From NCBI GenBank assembly GCA_000388065.2, contig KB932201.1: a stretch of 60,974 nt of DNA; one strand, written 5' to 3'. The position numbers and the translations under genes are program-made. How positions within the stretch are numbered: the first letter of the stretch is position 1; each line of letters opens with the position of its first letter. Source of the stretch: Fonticula alba ATCC 38817. Taxonomy: Eukaryota > Protista > Nucleariida. Shown one piece after another: positions 36,310 to 49,458 of this stretch. The notes beneath the pieces are model-generated. The model had not been told where the DNA came from. It did no database searches and worked only from the letters and a program-made list of their open reading frames with translations.

Positions 36310-39300
36310 CCCTTCCTCTCCGGGGAGGCACCCTGCTCCCGGCGTGTTTGGACGCCTCGCGCCCGCGGGCCCGACACTTGCGTGCACCAACTAACCACAC
36401 CCCTCCTCTGGGCCGCCCTCCGGCCCGGCCTGCCGCCCCTTGTCTTCCTCCTCAGTGGACCCGGCTTTGGCGGAGGACCGCCTTCAGGAGGAGCTCTGCC
36501 ACACTGGCATCTGCCGGATCCGGTGCCTGAGAATTCGAGAAACCCCAGGCCCCGAGTGGCATTTGCTCCCCGACGAGGAACCAGCCAGCACGGGCTGCAC
36601 ACACACTGGGCCTCCTCCGCCGGGTGTTCCGCCCCGGCCGGCGGCCGTGGTCCTGCTGCGTTCGGGAGCGGTGCTGCTCATCCATCCGGACATGCACCTG
36701 CATACGGTGAGCGATGTGATCTTCTGCCGGGCGGCGCACAGCCTGGTGGGAGCCCCGCAGTCGGCGGCACTGGCCACCCTGCCGCCGGACTTGCCGCCTC
36801 CCTTCCCGGCCAGCCTGCTGGCCGGTGTGTCGGTTGACACCCTCAGCACCCTGCAGTCGCATCCCTCACCGGGGCCCAAATCCCCGCTCATGGCTCGGGT
36901 TTCCTTCCATGAGGCGGTGACCGGGCTCGGGGTGGCGTCCGGCTTCGAGGAGCCGGATCTGTCCGAAAGCCGGCGGCTATTTGTCCTGTACCAGGCCCTG
37001 CGACATGTGGCGGATATCCACCGGGCCGGTCTGCAGCTGGGTCCTCTGGCCCGGTCGCCGGGGCTCTTTGGCATCGATCGCACCGGCTGGGTGCATCTGC
37101 CTCCGATTCCGCGGCGCCCGCTGCCCAGTCCGGTGTATGGTGCGACTTTTCCTCCCCTCCTTCGGGCTTCCTTCTCCTCCGGGGCCTCCCTGTCCTTCTT
37201 CTTCTTCTTCTTCTTGCATTCCCACCTGTCCCGCGACTGTTCGACTCCCGGCTGACCACCCTCCCCCCCCCCCNNNNNNNNNNNNNNNNNNNNNNNNNNN
37301 NNNNNNNNNNNNNNNNNNNNNNNNNNNNNNNNNNNNNNNNNNNNNNNNNNNNNNNNNNNNNNNNNNNNNNNNNNNNNNNNNNNNNNNACCCTCACCGATT
37401 TTTGGGTGTGTGGTCGCTTGAGCAACTTCGATTACATCATGGCCCTCAACGAGGCGGTCGGCCGGCGTATTGGGGACCCCTCCTACCATGCGATCATGCC
37501 GTGGGTGGTGAACTTCCTGCCGGGGGCCGAAACCATCCAGCAGGAACAACTCCGGGACCTGGCCGTGTCCAAGTACCGACTGAAAAAGGGCGACGAGCAA
37601 CTGCACGCCACCTTCAGCACGGCTCTCTACTCGTATGTGGCCTCGAATCCCTCCTTCTCGGGGAAGTTGCGCGATGTGGCGCCGGAACTCTTTCAGCATG
37701 TCGACTGGCCGGACATGGAGCCGAGCGAGCGCCTGGCCGCGTCCTCCTTCGACACGCTGTCCAGCATCCCGCACCACAGCATGGACCCGCTGACCGAAAT
37801 CACGGTCTTTGTCTACCTGGCCCGGCGCATGCCGCGCATCTTGCTGACGCGCTTCGTCCGGTCGACCTGGGCCCCTCGCGAGTATCCGGACTCCCTGGGC
37901 CGGCTGATGGCCTGGTCGCCGGAGGAGTGCATTCCGCAGTTTTTCACCGACCCCGAGGTGCTGGTCAGTTGCCACTCCGACCTGCCGGACTTGGGGCTGC
38001 CGCTGTGGGCCGAGGGCTCGCCCGAGGTGTTCATCCGGCGCCATCGCGAGCTCCTGGAGAGCACGGCCGTCAGCGCGCGCCTGCACATGTGGATTGACTT
38101 GACATTCGGGGCGGCCCTGGCCGGGGATCTGTCCTTGGCTCAGCTGAATGTCCCCCTGGACCCGAATGCTCGGCTGCCCCTGGTGCAGACCCTGCAACAA
38201 GGCCTGGCCCGGAGCCGGGCTCAGATCTTCCACTCTCCGCACCCATGGAAGGTCCTGCCTTCGGAGCAGCACACCACCGATGCCGAGGATGCCGGGGTGC
38301 GCGAGTCGGCCGAGCAGCCGCCATCCCACTCCCCAGCTGACAGCAGTACGCACCCACGCCCATACACCTGCTTGGTCCTCTGCGCATGGGGAAACTCACG
38401 CCCCTGGCTTCTTTGTCCCTGTCCTTCGCCCCCCCCCCCCCCCCCCCCCCCCCCCTCCCGTCTCCCTCGCTCTTTGCCCTGTCTTTTCGGGCCAGACTTC
38501 GATCCGATGGATCCTTTCGCCGAGCTCCGGAAACTCGAGGCCGAGTCGCACTTTCGCCAGTCCAGCACGCTGGCCAGCATGGCACTGCCCGGGTCTTCTG
38601 TCGAGATGGCAATCGAAACGATGGATGTCTCGCCCCCCGGAGCCAGCGCCTTCCCCGATCCGTCAGTGCCCCGGTCGGCCACCGAATTGGTCCCGTTGTC
38701 GGAGCGCCCGGCCGCGGGAGCCCCCTCCGCCGAGCAGATGGACCTCTTCCATGTGTTGCAATCGGTCGGCCGCGGTCTCTTCCTGGGTGTCGAGGTACGT
38801 CTGGGGCTTTGTTCCGCGCTTTTTTGGCCTTGCCTGGCGGCTTGGCCGTTTTCTTGTCATGTGCCCTAATGCTGTGGAGAAAAAAAAAGACGCCCCTTGC
38901 CCTGCAAAGTCTGCTTAGCCTGCGCCCGGAGCAGCTCCCCCCGATTGAGGATCTTCTCCGGCCGACCAGCCAGTTGGCCGACATGGGGGATCTGCTGGTT
39001 GACACGACCAGCTTCTGGGCCACCAGCCTCTTCCCGGACTACTTTGGGCCGGTGTTCGAAGACCTACACGCTGCGGTGCTCAAGTATGTACTTCCGCGGA
39101 TCCCCTCTCTCTCTTCCTCTCTCTCTCTTTATCTTTTTCTCTTCCTCTCTCTCTTTCTCTCTTTCTCTTCCTCTCTCTCTTTCTCTCTTTCTCTTCCTCT
39201 CTCTCCTTCTCTCTTCCTCTCTCCTTCTCTCTCCTTCTCTCCCCTTCTCTCTCCTTCTCTCTCTTCCTCCCCCTCCTCCCTTCACTCCCCGCCCCCACAC

Positions 39301-40272
39301 ACACATGCACTCTCTTGCTTGGTTCGCAAACTAACTGTCTGCTTCACTGGCTCCGGCCTAGCCGTCCGGTGAGCCCGGCGCTTGCGGCCCCACCTCCAAT
39401 TTCGGAGGCCCTCCTACAGCGGCTGCACTCGGTCGAGGCGGATCTCTTCGACGTGGTGGCCGCCCATGCCTTGCGTGATAGCGTCCTCTCGCTGTCCACC
39501 ACGCAGGATGCCCCGCAAGTGACTCGCGATGCGGCCATTTGGCAGTCGGGTCTGGCGATGGAAGGCACCACGTCCGACACGATGTCCACCACCGGCGGGG
39601 CCTCGCACGCGCGCGGGTGCGGAACCCGACGCATGGCCCTGACAGTGCCTCTGGTTCGGTGTGCCCGGTCGCTGGCCAGCAGCTTCCCGCTACTTCGATC
39701 GGCCATGGTTGGTCACAGTCTCAATGGCCAGACTCTGGGCCTGATGCGGCCGCTGGTCCAGCTGCTGGAGGTGCGTTCGGCAGTCGCCTGGCCACTGGGC
39801 CTGGGGGTGCTGCTGCTTGTTTTCCCCCCCCCCCCTTTCCCCGATCCCCTTCCCTGACCGAGCCTTGTTCCCCCGTTCGCGGGCGCCCGCGTCACAGACC
39901 AACCACCCAGCAGTCTATGCGGAGCTCTTTGACTTTGATGCCCGGCCGCCGGCGGCCATCGCTCAGGAGCTCTTTGCGGCCTTCGGCGCGCCGCTTCTCT
40001 GCCAGCTGGTCATCCCGCACCTGGTGGAGGGCTGCATGTCCCCCTTCTCGGCCGCCGACGATCCGGGTCTCTGGACGAGCCTTCCTGGCCGGTGCTCGCG
40101 GCTTCTTGTGCACCTGTCGTACGTTGCCTCCTGCCTTGGTCCCCGCGCTGGAGCTTTCCCCTTTGCCGGCAGGATAGCCAATTCGCCTGCTATTGCCTCT
40201 ACAAACACCTTCCACCGCTGTTCCACCTTCGGTATACTCATGCACGCACGACACATCCGACACACACACAAA

Positions 40273-40304
<32 letters not shown>

Positions 40305-43300
40305 CGGACGCACAGCGGCCATATCGGCATGGTCCTGGCGCTCAAGCACATCATCGAGCCGCTGCTCGAGGCCATCGGCCAAAATGAGCTGGTTTCCTCG
40401 CCGGACATGGTGGCATGCCTGTTGACGCATTCGGATGCCCCGGTTCTGGAGTCGGGGTCCCTGCGCCCGGTGGATGCCCTGACAGCTGAGCCATTCCCCC
40501 TGCTGCCGTGCCCAATGCAGGCCACTCTCATCGGTGTGGCCAAAGCCCTGGATCCCTATGGGCGGCACATTTTCCCGGAGTACCTGCTGCCCTTCTGCGT
40601 GTTGCTCCTCCGGTCGGCCAACGCCTCGCCGGCCAACAGCCGACGCGGTACCCGCCGGTCCAGCAGCTTCAATGGGCCGGATGGGGACTCGCAGGATGCT
40701 CGGTCGCCAGCGCTGGGGGGCAGCTTGGCCCAGCGGCCCGGGCACCAGGTGCGTGTGCGTGTCGGGCCGGCCCTGTCGCCGGTGATCGCGGTCCAGGGCC
40801 TGCTCCTGTGGCGCCGGGCGCTGATGGCCTACTCGCATGGGGAGGACCAGCTGCCGGGGGTACACTCGGCTGGAGGCTGGCCGGACGCCTGGCCGGCTCC
40901 CTGGAGCCAGCCGGGGCTGACCATGAGCGACTACTACCGGCGGCGGTATTGGCTGCTGGCAGAGCCGGCCGCCAAGTTGGCCATGTCCTCGGCCACCCTG
41001 GTGGTGTTGTATCCTTTCATCAAGTTTGAGCATTTGCTGCCCTCGGTGCAGCCCTACTTTTCGACGGACATGCGGGTGGTCACCTTCACCCTGGCGGTGG
41101 ACCTGCTGGCTTCGCTGTCGCAATTGGAGTTCGCCTCGCGACAGGATTCCGCCCCGCCGGAGGTGCTGCTCGAGGCGGAGCTCCAGGCTTCCGGCACCTT
41201 GCTCCGGCCGCGGCCGCTTCACATTGCCGGTGGCGCATCGACCGAGCATCTCGGGCCGGAGGCCAACTGGTCGCCGAGTGCCAGTGGCTCGCTCGGCGGC
41301 CCGGGCAGCGCCGGCCCTGGCGCGTCGCTCGCCGGCAGCCCACTGGCCGGGCGCTCGGCATCTCACAGCCCGTCCGCCTCCACCGGCCACCTGCCCGGGG
41401 CCGGTGAGCCGGGGCCCGGCTTGACTGGTGTCCGGTCGGCCGAGGGGCTTGCCTCCTCGTCCTCCTCCACCGGTGGCCTGGCCATCGCCGCCGGAGCCGG
41501 TGAAGGTCCTGCCGCGCTTCGGCCATCCGGCAGCCAGGGCGCCGACTTCCCCGAGAGCACCACCATCCTGATGAATTCCCTGCTGGAGCCCTTCCTGCTG
41601 GTGCTGTCCGGGAGCTTCCGCTCCCGACTGAAGGCCCATTTGACTGGCAATGAGCTGGCTTCGTCGCTGCCCGCACACTTGCCGGACCTGGCGCTCTTCG
41701 TTCACCGCCGGGTGACCCTGGCCCTGGGTGCCCTGTCGCGCCTGCTGCTGGAGGATATCACCCTCTTCTTGGACCGGGTATATGGCAATGCGCCATACAC
41801 CCCGGCATTGTCGTCGACCAGTCGCCCGGATGACCGGGCCTCCTCGGTGCCAGATGACCGCCTGGCGCATTTCTCCATCGCCGAGGACTTGGCCTCGCCG
41901 TCGGCCTTCTCGCCCTCGCGAGCGCACATCCAGGCAGCCGCCGCCGCGGCCGGCACCGCTGCCAGCCCCGCCGAAGCCGCCCCCGTCGGGGCCATCGACA
42001 CGCCCACTGCCCCGAGCACGCCGGCGCAGGCCAATGTCTCGATGTCCGGCCAGCAGCCTGGCCAGTCGGCCGGGCCCCCGGCCGGGCCCGGTGGTATCTG
42101 GCCGATTGCTCCCCAGTCCACCGAGGACAGCCTTCGTACCCACCGGTATTACGGGTCGGTGGGCATGCTGGCTGGGCAGGATTTCGCCGCGTGGCAGCGG
42201 GCGGCCGAGGACCGGCAAGACCCATCGATCGGCGACTCGGAGTACATCCTGCGGGATGTGCGTTTGCGCCAGTATTCGGAGCACTCGTCCCAAATCACCA
42301 GCCTGGCCGTGCACACCGGATCCTACCAGGCCCTCATGGGGCCGGACCCCTTTGAGCCGGTGTTCGGGTACGAGTCGATCGGGTTCAGTGCCTCGCTCGA
42401 CAAGACCGTCAATGTATGGTCCCTGGGCATCCACCATGCGCTGGGGTCCTGCGCGGCGGCCGAGCTGCCGGCCAGCGCCGGGGGCTCCCTGTCCGGGGGG
42501 AGCTCCAGCGGGGCGCTGCAATCCTTGGGCCGGCGCCTGGCCGTCTATGAGGCCCACCAGTCGCCGGTGTATGCCCTGGATTTGGCCTACCACTCGGCCA
42601 TGCGGGTGGTCAGCGCCGGGCGGGATATCCACTTCTGGGATCCGGAAACCGGGCAGACGGACATCGTGTACGATTTCCACGCCGGGGTGCAGTATCTCCG
42701 GCCCGGGGGCGGGGTCGGCAGTTTCGGCTCCCTGGGCCTCGGGGCCGGGCATTTGGGTGGCCCTCTTGGTGGTGGTGGTGGTGGTGGCGGCGGCGGCGGC
42801 GGCGCCCTTGGAGTTGGGAATGCGCTCGGCCTCACCGGCGGCGCGGGCCCCAGCGCCTCGGCCGCCAATAGTGCCCTCCGGCTGAGCGTCATCGGCCCGG
42901 GGCTTGTAGCCGCTGGTCTGCTCTCCTCGAGCCTCGTCAAGTACGTTGATCTGCCTCTCCGTCCTTTCCTCTCCCTCTTTTCCTCTCCCTGCTCCCTACT
43001 CCCTGCTCCCTGCTCCCTGCTCCTTGTTCCCTTCTCCCTCCCTCCCCCCCCCTCTCTCTCTCTCTGCCCGCTCCCTCTCTCCCCGCCCCCTCGCCCCAGG
43101 GTCGTGGCTCCTTCCTGGGCTTTGGCTTTCCTCCATGTCGCATGCTCCCCGACTGACTAATTGCCGCGCGTAGGGTCTTCGACATGCGCGTCCAGCACCC
43201 GGTCATCACTCTGCACACGACATCCACCGGCGCCCTGAAGTCCGTCAGTGACTTGATTTCCACCTCGACAGTCCTCTCACGGCCGGTGCTCCGGTCACTG

Positions 43301-43677
43301 GCGGCCGCACACTCAAGCATGTCCCCCGGGCCGCTGCTGGCAGTCGGCCACACCCAGGGGTATATTTCCCTGTTGGATCTCCGCTCGGCCGGGTCGCGGC
43401 TTGTGCGCTTCAGCCAGCCCTGCGATGGCCCGGTGTCCCACCTGGCCTTTGCCCACACGGACCCCTGGGGCACCGGGCTCGGAGCCGTCAACCACACGGA
43501 CCTCAGCGGAGGCACCAATGGCCAGCCCGGAGCCGGGCAGCCGGTTCTCGTGGCCGCCTCTCAGGACAAGTGCTTCATCTTCGACACACATGTTGAAGGC
43601 CGGCCGAAGGCCATCCAACGTGCGCCCCCCCCCCCTCCGGCTGTCGCCCGGATCGGCGGAGGCTCTCTCTCCCTCCC

Positions 43678-43708
<31 letters not shown>

Positions 43709-44777
43709 GCATCGCCTATGGCTTGAATACTCACCTTACTCGCCTATGTTCATCCCCCTCAACCACCTTCAATGTCGCCCTTCTTCATGACAGATCCCGA
43801 GCACGTGTCGGCCATTGACACCTACAAGTACCGAGTGTTCTCCGTCGACGGTAAAGGGCAGCTCAACGTCACAGACGCCATTTCCAAGAGGGTACGCCCT
43901 CCGCCTCCCCTCCAGCCAACTTGCTGTGTTTTCGACTCGCTTCACGCGCACGCGCGCGCGCGCGCCGCCGCCGCCGCCGCCTTGTCTAACGCCCCTCTCC
44001 CTTTTGGATACTGGACAGAAATTGCACGAGGGCCGGATTTCCCCGCTGGCCATCAGCCACCCGGGCCAAGCCTGGGAGCAGGTCCAGCAGATTGTCGATC
44101 CGACGGGGCTGCTCTCGGCAGGCGGTGTCGGAGCGCCAGCCCTCGGCGGCGGGCCGATGTCCACCGGGCCGGCTGTCAGCATGGCCAGCTCCCCGATGAC
44201 TGGTGGGTCGGGCGCCGCACCGGCCGCCCGGAAGTCGGCCTTCCACTCGCTTGTGCGACCGTTGTCGATTGTCGTTGGCTCCGGCTCAACTGGCGGTGTG
44301 ACGCCCTCCTCCTCTTCTTCTGGCTCCTCGTCGTCCTCCTCCGTCGTCTCCTCGGCGTCATCTTCCTCTTCCTCCACGCCGCTGTCCTCCGGCCCGGCCT
44401 CTTCGGCTGGCGGGATTCAAGCCGGGGGCATGGGACTGGGGGCTGGCCATCATCCGACTGGCATGTCGAATGGCTCAATCGCCATGCCCATGCTGAGCTC
44501 GGATTCCGGGCATCACCTAGCCGGGACCCCACCTTCCGGGCTGTATCCCTCTTCGCCGGCGCAGTTGGCCGGCGGTGTGGCCTTGCCCCTGACGCCAGGC
44601 GCTGGAGGCGCTGTCGGCGCCGCCGGGGCAGGGCTTTCTAATCGCAGTTTGGCCCTTTCGCGTAGCCGCCCACTGGCATCGACATCTGCCTCGCCCATTA
44701 CCGCCTTGCGCTACCTCCCAGGGAATGATGTCCTCTGGGTCGGCACCAAGAGCGGAGACATCCACCTGATCCGTTGA
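35693..44777 (+). CDS. WDR81: WDR81-like BEACH and WD40 protein, multi-exon, 5' end uncertain (follows a gap)
   Basis: LFVLYQALRHVADIHRAGL (pre-BEACH). WDR81-type BEACH: WVCGRLSNFDYIMALNEAVGRRIGDPSYHAIMPWVVNF, RDLAVSKYRLKKGDEQL, EYPDSLGRLMAWSPEECIPQFFTDP, RHRELLES..VSARLHMWIDLTFG. C-terminal WD repeats: HSSQITSLAV, SASLDKTVNVWSL, VGHTQGYISLLDLR, ITALRYLP..LWVGTKSGDIHLIR. Confidence 0.9.
36238..36310 (+). repeat. Interrupted (CTG)n microsatellite in a WDR81 intron
   Basis: TTG(CTG)7TTG(CTG)3TTG(CTG)3TTG(CTG)7, between the donor at 36189 and the acceptor at 36455. Confidence 0.9.
37274..37387. other. Assembly gap covering a WDR81 intron acceptor
   Basis: Run of N after poly-C; BEACH coding sequence (TLTDFWVCGRLSNF) resumes immediately after it. 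Confidence 0.99.
42991..43023 (+). repeat. 7-bp tandem repeat (CTGCTCC, about 5 copies) in a WDR81 intron
   Basis: ctgctcc ctactcc ctgctcc ctgctcc ctgctcc. Confidence 0.75.
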
Positions 44778-45142
44778 TGAGCGGAAGTGTATCCCCCCCC
44801 CCCCCCCCCCCATGGGAAAGCGGCTCTTTGGGTCTCTCCTGATCAATACATCCTCCTGGTTGTGTGTGACTCTGGCTCCTCTCCCCCGCTGTTGCTGGCC
44901 CTCGCGCGCACGCGCGCGATGGGTGTCACTGTGAATGGTAAATCAATGGGATGTACACATGTCAAGGGCATAGGCTGGCTCTATTATATCATTATTATTT
45001 TGGTGAACTTTGCGTTGGAGTCCAGTGGCGCGCGGACGCATGTGTGCATGGGGGAGGGGGCGGGTCTCCTCCAGTGGTTCTATCCTCGCATGTAGGCACA
45101 CGCGGCGACGAGACCCGAGCACGGGCAGGGCAGAGGGGGCAT

Positions 45143-48100
45143 TCACTTGCGCTGCTGATGCTCCACCGCATCGCGCATCTGGTGCAGCGAGGTCTCCAAG
45201 GCAGCGAGGAAAGGCTGGGCGTCCTGGTAGGAGGTCACATTGAAGCGCAGGGTGGTCTCATTCATGCCATAGCCAATGCCGTAGCCCTCCTGGTGCACGG
45301 GGCCGAAGGCGCCGCCGTCGATGGTCGGCGAGGACAGGGTGCTGGTGGACAGGATGTTCTGGTTGATGATGCCATAGGCTGGCGAGAGGGGGGGCAGGTG
45401 AGGAGGGGAGGTCCCGCTGTGTGCGTATGGCTGTGCGTGCGTGCGTGCGTGCGTGCATGCATGCACGGGGAAGAGCAAAGAGGGAGAGAGGGGAAGCGAG
45501 CGAGAGGAGGGGTGGGGGGGGGGGGGGACGCACCGGCATCGGTGAAGATGGCCGGGGTGGGCATGCCCTTGGCCTCGGCAAGCTTGCGCAGGGCAAACAG
45601 ATGGCGATCGAAGCTGCAGAGACAGTGGCGGTCAGAATGCGGCAGGGCAAAAAAAAGAAGACGAAGTGAAAGCGAGCAGCCGCCCTTGGTCGGCGCCAGT
45701 TGGCGTGCTGCTGATTTCGAGGCACGCGCGCGCGCGCGCGCGCATGTGTGTGCGTGTGTGTATGCAAACATGTCACACGTCACACGTACCCCTGGCCCAT
45801 GAGCGCCTCAACAGTGATCTTCTGGTGGCGCTCAACAGCCGTGCGCAAAGCCTGAGCGCGCTGCTCCTGCGAGGAGGCCGGGTTGAGGAAAACCTCCGAC
45901 ATGGCCTTGGACTCGTTGGTGGCCGAGCGAATGCACTCGGTCCGGCCGTGCTTGAAGGCCGCCGTGTTGGCACTCTCATAGGTGCTCACCGCCTTGCCGC
46001 CGCTCAGCCGGGCATACGCCAGCTGGAAGGCCATCTGCATGAAGCCATCCGGCGACAGGCGCGAGTTCTTGATCCACTGGCGGTTCATGACCTCGGTGTC
46101 CAGGATGTTGAGCCTGAGCGCGGCGTCGGCCGCGTCGAAGCGCTTCTCGGCGGCCTTGACAGCGGCCTTGGCCTTGTCATCAAACTGGCATAACCCGCGA
46201 CGCAGGGGAGGGGGGAGGGGGGGGGGGCGGGATGAGAGAGAGAGAGGAATGAAGAAAGGGCGTCAGATCCGACGGACAACAAATGACCAACAGTACGGGC
46301 CTCCCCCGCAAGAGAGCGGGGGGAACGGAGAGAGGGCAAAAGCGAGGGGGAGAGTCGAGAAGCCAAGCAGACGCACGTCAAAGCCGAGGAGCTCCGGCTC
46401 GGGCACGCGCCCGGCGGCCGGCTCACACAAGAAGCGCTCCGAGTCCTCGAACACGTCGTTCAGGTAACGGAGGACCGCCACACCATCACCCCAGGCATGC
46501 TCGAAGTTGATGGCGGTCGTGCCATTACGGTTGATAATCATCGAGAAGCTACGAAGCAGCGAGCAAAAGCGCGGTCAGAGATAGATGCAAGTCGAGGGAA
46601 ATAGAAAGAGAGTGAGAGAGAGAGAGAGGGAGACACAGAGGGACGGGGCGGGATGAGATACAAAAAGGCTGGGGCTTAGCCTTACCTCTTGTCGAACCAG
46701 CGGTTGCGGCCGCTGCCAGTGAGCATCTCACGGCTGAGGGCCTCCATGCTCGTCGGGGCCGTGTCGTCCAGGCAGAGCATGAACAGGGCCGAGTCCACAG
46801 CCTTGAGGCTGGCGGCATTCTTGGCCGACAGGCCGGCAAGGTGCTCGCGCGCAGCCGCCCAGGCCGGCCGGGCGTCCGAAGTCAAAATGCCCACGGCCGG
46901 AATGTCGGCCGCCGGGGCCGGGGTGGCCAGGATCTTCTGCACGGCGGCCAGGATCTCGCCCTCGTTCAGCCAGGTCCGGCCGTCGGGACGGAGCTCCAGC
47001 TTGTAGATCTGGTTGCGGCTGGCATCGGCGAAGGGGAGGAGGGGATGTATGCCGAAGGCCGGGGGCGGGAGGGGGGNNNNNNNNNNNNNNNNNNNNNNNN
47101 NNNNNNNNNNNNNNNNNNNNNNNNNNNNNNNNNNNNNNNNNNNNNNNNNNNNNNNNNNNNNNNNNNNNNNNNNNNNGGGCGAGCCTGGTGCATGCGGTCA
47201 AGCGGGGAAGGCCCAACCAACAAGCATCCAGCACGATGAACAAGGAACCAAGCTCCAAGGCCAAACGCACAACATGATGGCAACATGGCTGGACTCCGGG
47301 AAGGAGACCAGCTCATCCTTCTCGGGCTTGGGGATACGGGTGGAGGCCAGCAGGCGCGAGAACTGGCTCATATCCAGGGGATAGGCTGCCGATGGTCGGG
47401 CGGGAGGGGAGGGGGGGGGGGGCATGTCAGTGCTCCGTCGGGTCCGCTTGCCGCAGGGGCAGAGACAACGCAAAGCGAAGCCCGAGGGGGGGGGGGGGAC
47501 AGAAAGAAGGAGACGCACCGCCAGTCCCAATGGCCGCCAGGGTGGAAACCTGCTCCGGAAGCACGGCCTGCAGGGACTCGAACCAGGGGGCCTTGCTGAG
47601 CTTGGTGTTGGTGTGGAACACCTCCGGCGCGAGGACCGACTCGGCCAGCGAGTTCCGGAAGCGGATGGTACTACGGATGATGGCAGCCGCGCGCTCGGCC
47701 TGGCCGGGCTTGTTGGCCGACGGCATGAGCGTGATTTGCGGGTTGTAATTCAATGGCAGGGGCGCCCGGTCGCGCAGGTACATATCGTACCAGAGGCCTG
47801 GCAGGGTCCCAGGTAGTGGCCGGAACGTCGGACGGAGGGGGCGAGGAGGACAGAGGTCCGGCAGATCATTAGCGGACGCCCACATGTGGAGGACATGGCC
47901 ACCAGGGCGGGAGCGGGATTCGGCGCACCGGAAATATAGCTGGTGTGCTTGTTCTTCTTGTCATTGGCCACGAGCTCATGGTGCAGGTCCGGGCCGACAC
48001 CGCGGAAGAAGTCCACCACCGCGATCTTGGTGGAGGACAGCTGCTCCGGCGTCAGGAGCGGCGTGACGGAGTTCAAATACTGCGCCGAGGCATGACAGGG

Positions 48101-48526
48101 AGACGGGCATGGCCGAGGGGGCAGAGGGAGGGAGGGAGGGAGGGGGGGGGGGTCGGTGAGTCAGGGAGCCGGCCGGCCGCCAAAGAAGAGCCAAGACCAT
48201 GGAGCCACGGCCACCCACGGGCGGAGGGAGGACGCACGCGCTGAACGGTGTTCTCCAGCTTGGGGATAGGCAGACGCAAAAGCGAGGCCTGGTAGTGCAT
48301 GGTCGGCAGCGGGGACTTCGGGTGGATGTAGTCATCATCACCGCGGACCGGGGCGGCGGCCGAAGAGCTGCGACAGGCATGGAGGTGAGTAGGCGTCGGG
48401 GGATGGGTCCAGCAGGATCAGGGTGAAAGAGCGGGGCACGCACAACTGGCGAGTGACAGCGCCAGCCAGGGCGGGGTACGATGCCCGGGGCTGGAGGACA
48501 GCAAGGCGAGCAGTGGCGGGAAGCAT
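45143..48526 (-). CDS. CPT2: Carnitine O-palmitoyltransferase 2-like, mitochondrial, multi-exon
   Basis: Presequence [28 protein letters not shown] followed by [67 protein letters not shown], catalytic [47 protein letters not shown] and [34 protein letters not shown] and EHxWGDG point to CPT2 rather than carnitine acetyltransferase. Confidence 0.9.
47077..47176. other. Assembly gap in a CPT2 intron
   Basis: Run of N flanked by G-runs. Confidence 0.99.
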
Positions 48527-49275
48527 GGCAAGTGTGTGCGCGCGTGCGGAAAGCAGGCGAAGGCAAAGTCGGATCGCGGATAGCGCGATGGGGGGGGGGA
48601 GGAGGGGTGGGGGACAACGGAGGGAAAAAAGCTGGTGCCGGTCTCCGAGGGCGAGAGGGTCAGCTCACCAGGGCGCCTCTTTTCCCACCCCCGGGCAGTG
48701 AAAAATAGACAACAAACACTGGGTCCTCGCCGGGACTATTTCACGATGCCGGCGGCCGGCAGACTGCCGGGCTACTTCCGCTTGGCCGATTGCGGCCAGC
48801 TGCACCACACCCTCTAGCCGGCAGAAGCCAGTCAGCCAGCTGGCCAGGCCCGTCCAAGGGGGGCGGGGGCAAGGGGCCGAGCCAGAACATCGCTTGCTCA
48901 TCGTCCCAGCCCAAGGGGCGGCCGAGAGCAGGGCCGGGGGGTTCGCGCTGCCCCGCACCAGTTGTTGGTCCCTTGCTTGGGCAGGCGCCGAATCGCCGGG
49001 GAGCGTGAAAGTCGCCTCATCTGGATGGTCACGCGCAGCCGATGCCCCTGGCGTGACATCCATTTCCCCGCGTGATGACCCATTGGCTGGGGCTGTTTGA
49101 CACCCTAGACCGGCGGCCCGGAGTGAGCTCCCTTTTTTGTCCACCCTCACGCGCCTTCTCGGCCTTGGTGTTCCCGGCGCCTCGTTTGTCTGTCTGTCTG
49201 TCTGTCTGTGCCAGCTGCGGGGCCTTCTGGGAGGGGGAGAAGGCGCGGGGAACCAACCACACGCAATGCCCCGCC

Positions 49276-49306
<31 letters not shown>

Positions 49307-49458
49307 NNNNNNNNNNNNNNNNNNNNNNNNNNNNNNNNNNNNNNNNNNNNNNNNNNNNNNNNNNNNNNNNNNNNNNNNNNNNNNNNNNNNNNNNNNNNNN
49401 NNNNNNNNNNNNNNNNNNNNNNNNNNNNNNNNNNNNNNNNNNNNNNNNNNNNNNNNNN
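49307..49458. other. Assembly gap in the 5' region of USP5
   Basis: Run of N flanked by poly-C. Confidence 0.99.

Noticed and set aside
36238-36310. Poly-Q, poly-C, poly-L or poly-A coding tracts in several ORFs
   Set aside because: The repeat lies inside a phase-consistent WDR81 intron (36189-36455).
39963-42752. 929-aa minus-strand ORF
   Set aside because: Antisense shadow of the large WDR81 exon.
49072-49135. LFDTLDRRPG followed by GTGAGC as a candidate first USP5 exon
   Set aside because: Only a weak match to the expected FDTP block, with no KDEC motif, no clear ATG and no phase match to the exon at 49606.
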